NCBI GenBank assembly: GCA_964016885.1
Contig: OZ024741.1
Coordinates: 72,230,001 to 72,294,000 of the forward strand
DNA length: 64,000 bases
Origin: Eledone cirrhosa
Lineage: Eukaryota
Reading direction: 5' to 3'
Part shown: positions 60,270 through 64,000 of the stretch, one piece after another
Numbering within the stretch: position 1 is the first letter of the stretch
Layout: the number at the start of each line of letters is the position of its first letter
Translations under genes and position numbers: made by a program
Notes under the pieces: model-generated
What the model saw: only the letters and a program-made list of their open reading frames with translations
What the model was told of the DNA's origin: nothing
Database searches by the model: none

Positions 60270-61000
60270 TCTAGAAAAAGATGACATAAACAATACACAA
60301 AATAATAGAACATAATTCTCGAATGGCCCACTCACACGAGCCATTCTCGCAAGTCACACAACTTTTAACAAATGTACTGAGGTTTGGGACAGTACTTCCC
60401 TGTCCGCCCTGACCTTCCTTTCGAAGTGGAACTTGAAAACGTTGATGAGGAATTAGCCGAAGTGGGAAGTGTCTGTCCTCAGTCTTTTCAGCCACTTCCA
60501 CTACACAACCACTTTCGTCACAGCCACCAGACTGAGGAAAACTTCCTGCCCTTCCCGGCCAAAAAAATGCAGCAGGCGATCTTCACGATAGACTCAGTCG
60601 ATAGCTGGATCCGCCCTACACGCGATAATAGCTGTCCGACAAAATTCCTCAAGTCAGTAATGCACATACATGTAGAACGGTCTCATCTCCCTGCACACAT
60701 CTCGGACAGGTCCGTCAGACCGCACATACGTGCCTATAGAGTTTGTTTCGAACAAGTAGCATCCCATGGTAGCACTGCCAAGCCAGGATTTTCAGGAAGT
60801 TGTCCATAGTTCCCGCTCCGAAAGTCCTCCCGAACAAACTGGTCAGTTCGATTTCATCAACGCCTAGGGTCTCTCCGAAAACGTCGTCGCACTTGCCCAC
60901 CACTAGTCCTCTATAGGACTCCAGAGTGGAATTTCCACTGACCGCATTGCCCGTCTAATAGAAGACAGTGAGCGCCTGAGAACATTTCAGAAGCCAGGCA
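60270..61000 (-). mobile_element. Old 3' fragment of the same Tx1-type group
   Basis: CDDVFGETLGVDEIELTSLFGRTF...LAWQCY matches the ORF2 C-terminus at ~58430-58590. Confidence 0.8.
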
Positions 61001-62084
61001 TTGTCATTGTTGTTATTTCTGTTGCTGTTATTGTTGTTCATGTCATTACTGTCGCCATTTGTGTTGTCATTCTTGTCTGTATTAGTGTTATTTTTTTAAA
61101 AATAATAATAATAATTTTTTTATGTCACCAATAATACAAACGTTTTAAAATGGAAAGTATAAATAGCATTGGTATATTTAATATAACTGAATCACACAGG
61201 AATAACAATGGCTAGTGAAGCCCTGAAGCATTCTTTATAAATTTGCAGTTACCATCCTCGTCTATTACTTTTTACTATTTTGTACAGATAATAGCAATTA
61301 TGATCCCAATAATAAGTTCCATCCAGGTTCAGGATGTGTAGGATTCTGCAGAAAAGTTTTCTCATTTAACTTCTTCAGTTTTAGAAATATCTCATATGTT
61401 ATCAAAATGGATATCACATTTTATTTTCCCCGAACCATATGGAAGTTTTAATATAGTTGTGTTTGTAAAAGTTTTCATATCAGGACATTTTTTTATAACT
61501 GCTTTCAATTTTCTGTGATTTATTTTTAAAGAAACAATCTTAGGTAAAGAACACTCTGCAATTGGTTGTCTTCTGCATCTTAATTTTTGGTTTCACCTTT
61601 ATACCCATAGTGATTTCTTCAGATTCATCGTTATCATTAGAAAATGACCATGTTGAATGGTTCTAAGATGCCTGTCTTATCCAAAGGCTAGAAACACATT
61701 CTCTTCCAGTAACTTTGTAGTCAGTATTCCCAATGCATCTTTTCTCACATTCAAATGTCTATTCCCCTTATCCAAACAATAGTCATGTTCATGTCGGAGA
61801 TTGCAATTGTACGCATTATATTTTCCCTTAACCAAATTAATCCATTTGGCTGAATCTTATATTTTGCATTGACCATCGATATATAAGTCATTGCCAACAT
61901 ACAGAGTAATTGTAGAATCTTCATTATCGTAAATGAGGGAGAGCTAAAATGCTGAAGTTTTCCCGAAAATGCGTGTTGAAGCAAAAAATCACTGAAAACA
62001 TTGATTTTAACGAACAAACGTTATTTCGAAATTGAATGTAACGTTGATATTAAATAAACACAGACAAGGAAAAGAGGCTGGTTG

Positions 62085-63300
62085 CTACATGTAGAAATAG
62101 AGAAGATTGAAAGAATGATCGAGAAAACTGAAGGCAACAGAGAAATTACAGAGAATAGAGGAGGACATCATGGAACAGAATGAAGAGCAAAACAAGCGAG
62201 ATTCTATCGAAAGTGTTGAAGAAGGAAATATAGCAGAAAATGTTAATTTTGTTGAAGAAAATACTGCAGCAGAAATTAGAAACGAAATTAGTGATGAACA
62301 ATAAACAATCATAAACATGTTGAAGACGAAACTGGAAAACCCTGGTAAACATGAAGTAATTAACCTGAAAGTTGCTGATAGAAAGAACACTAGAGAGAAA
62401 ACTAAGCTTATCAACGAAGTCATAAGCACAATACATTAGTGATACAAACCTCCTAGTACTTACGTAGCTGATTTGATGGGAATTAAAAACAAGGAAAAGG
62501 GACTAACAGGCAACTATGGTAGAAGAGAAGGGTTCACGACAGTGTTATGAAATTACAAACTGGAGGAATGGAAAAATAGAAGTTTACAGAATGAATGGAA
62601 AAAAGAAGCACTAGAAAGACAATATAATGTGAAGAATAAGGGAATTAATGCAGTAGCAAAGCAGTTGAAGCTACGAATAAAAGCAAAGATTGCAAAACTA
62701 AAGAAATACGAATAAAGACGTAACCAATACATGCCGAATAGACTCTTTCAAATCAATAAAAAAAAGATCTGTTTGAGAAACTGGAAAGAATCGAAAGGAA
62801 CAATGATGTAAGGCCAGATGTAGAAGAAAACATTTCTTTTTTGAATAACATTTCTTTTTTGAATAACCTTTGAATAACAATGAGAAAGCAAATTGGATAA
62901 AGACCGGATATTGTTGTAATTGTGAAGGAAAGAAACTGCACCCTCATAGACGTAGCGAGTCCTTTTGACATCCGAATTGAATGAAAAGAGGAGAAAGTAG
63001 GGGTTTATACCAACATAAAATATGAGATCTGAAGTAATGAATTGTCACCATTGTCCCGGTGATGATTGGTGCTCTGGCATGGTGACAAAGAACCTTGAAA
63101 ACTACCAGTCGAAAACACTTTGTACCAGGGACTAAACTGCTCCGTGCCTACTAGGAACAACCCGAATATTGAGAAAGGTTCTTGACTACCAGCAGTAGTG
63201 AAATGACAAGGAATGATATGAAAAAGTTGGAGTTCCCTAGGTTACCAGTTGTAGCCCGGTATTCTCTATAAAAACCTACCAAAGGCAACGTCGAAGCTGG
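62085..63300 (+). mobile_element. Decayed R4/Dong-type (REL endonuclease) non-LTR element with RT deleted
   Basis: RIKAKIAKLKKYE...NRLFQ joined almost directly to RPDIVVIVKERNCTLIDVASPFD...IVPVMIGAL. Confidence 0.6.
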
Positions 63301-63329
63301 TCGTGATAAATAATCAACTAATAATGATA

Positions 63330-64000
63330 ATGGTTTCTGATTTAAGCAGAAGACCAAACATTTTTTTTTGGGGGGGGGGGAATTCAATTAAATCAATCCC
63401 AGTTCGTTACCGGTACTTTATTTTATCGACCCACAAGGATGAGAGGCAAAATTAACCTCGGCGGGATTTGAATTCAGAACGCAAAGGGACGTAACTCTAT
63501 GCCGCAAAGCATGTTGTCCGACCCTCTACCGATACTGTCAATCCAATAATGATAATGATAATTGTTTCTACTTTTGGCACAAGGCCAATAATTACCCAGT
63601 ACGTTACTGGTACTTTATTTTATCGACCCCGTAAGGATGAAAGGCAAAGTTAAACTCGGCGGGATTTGAACTCAGAACGAAAAGGGCCATAACTCTTTAT
63701 TGCAAAGCATGGCGTCCGACCCTCTACCGATACTGCCAATCCAGATAATGATAATAATGGTTTCTGATTTAGGCACAAGGCCAACAATTTTTGGGGCAGG
63801 GGAAAGGCGATTAAATCGACTCCATTGCGTGACTGGTACTTTATTTTATCGACCCCGTAAGGATGAAAAGCAAAGTTAACTTCGGCGGCATTTGAATTCA
63901 TAACGTAAAGGGACGTAACTCTATGCCGCAAAGCATGTTGTCCGACTCTCTACCGATACTGTCAATCCAATAATGATAATGATAATTGTTTCTACTTTTG
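63330..64000 (-). mobile_element. Head-to-tail array of at least 3 SINE copies plus the start of a fourth
   Basis: ~200-220-bp units separated by (aatgat)n; continues past the window end. Confidence 0.9.

Noticed and set aside
61200-62050. Possible decayed minus-strand coding relic
   Set aside because: Multiple stops and no motif I could assign

Overview
Repeat-dominated animal genomic DNA, most likely an octopus (inferred from the SINE family and the very long (TA)n/(TATC)n tracts). A large share of the window is microsatellite, and the I/Y-rich ORFs in the supplied track are translation artefacts of it. The only host coding sequence I can support is a first coding exon (minus strand, ~36036-36649) of an LRR-N-terminal receptor resembling ADGRA2/3 (GPR124/125). 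The rest is mobile DNA: at least 8 RTE-type LINE copies, two head-to-tail Tx1/L1-type elements in (TCTA)n, a mariner, a piggyBac-type MITE, a Helitron-like element, CRE- and R4-type relics and many tRNA-derived SINEs. The main find is a 466-bp tandem array (7459-10220, running into an assembly gap) in which each unit carries a minus-strand type I hammerhead ribozyme fold with an octamer motif upstream. This matches a non-LTR retrozyme (newt satellite-2-like). A second, inverted locus of the same family lies at 45065-45832. Five more solitary type I hammerhead folds from four other families, plus weaker candidates, are scattered through the window, and two carry the U3-A8 compensatory core variant. 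All structures were folded by eye; no search or assay was run.
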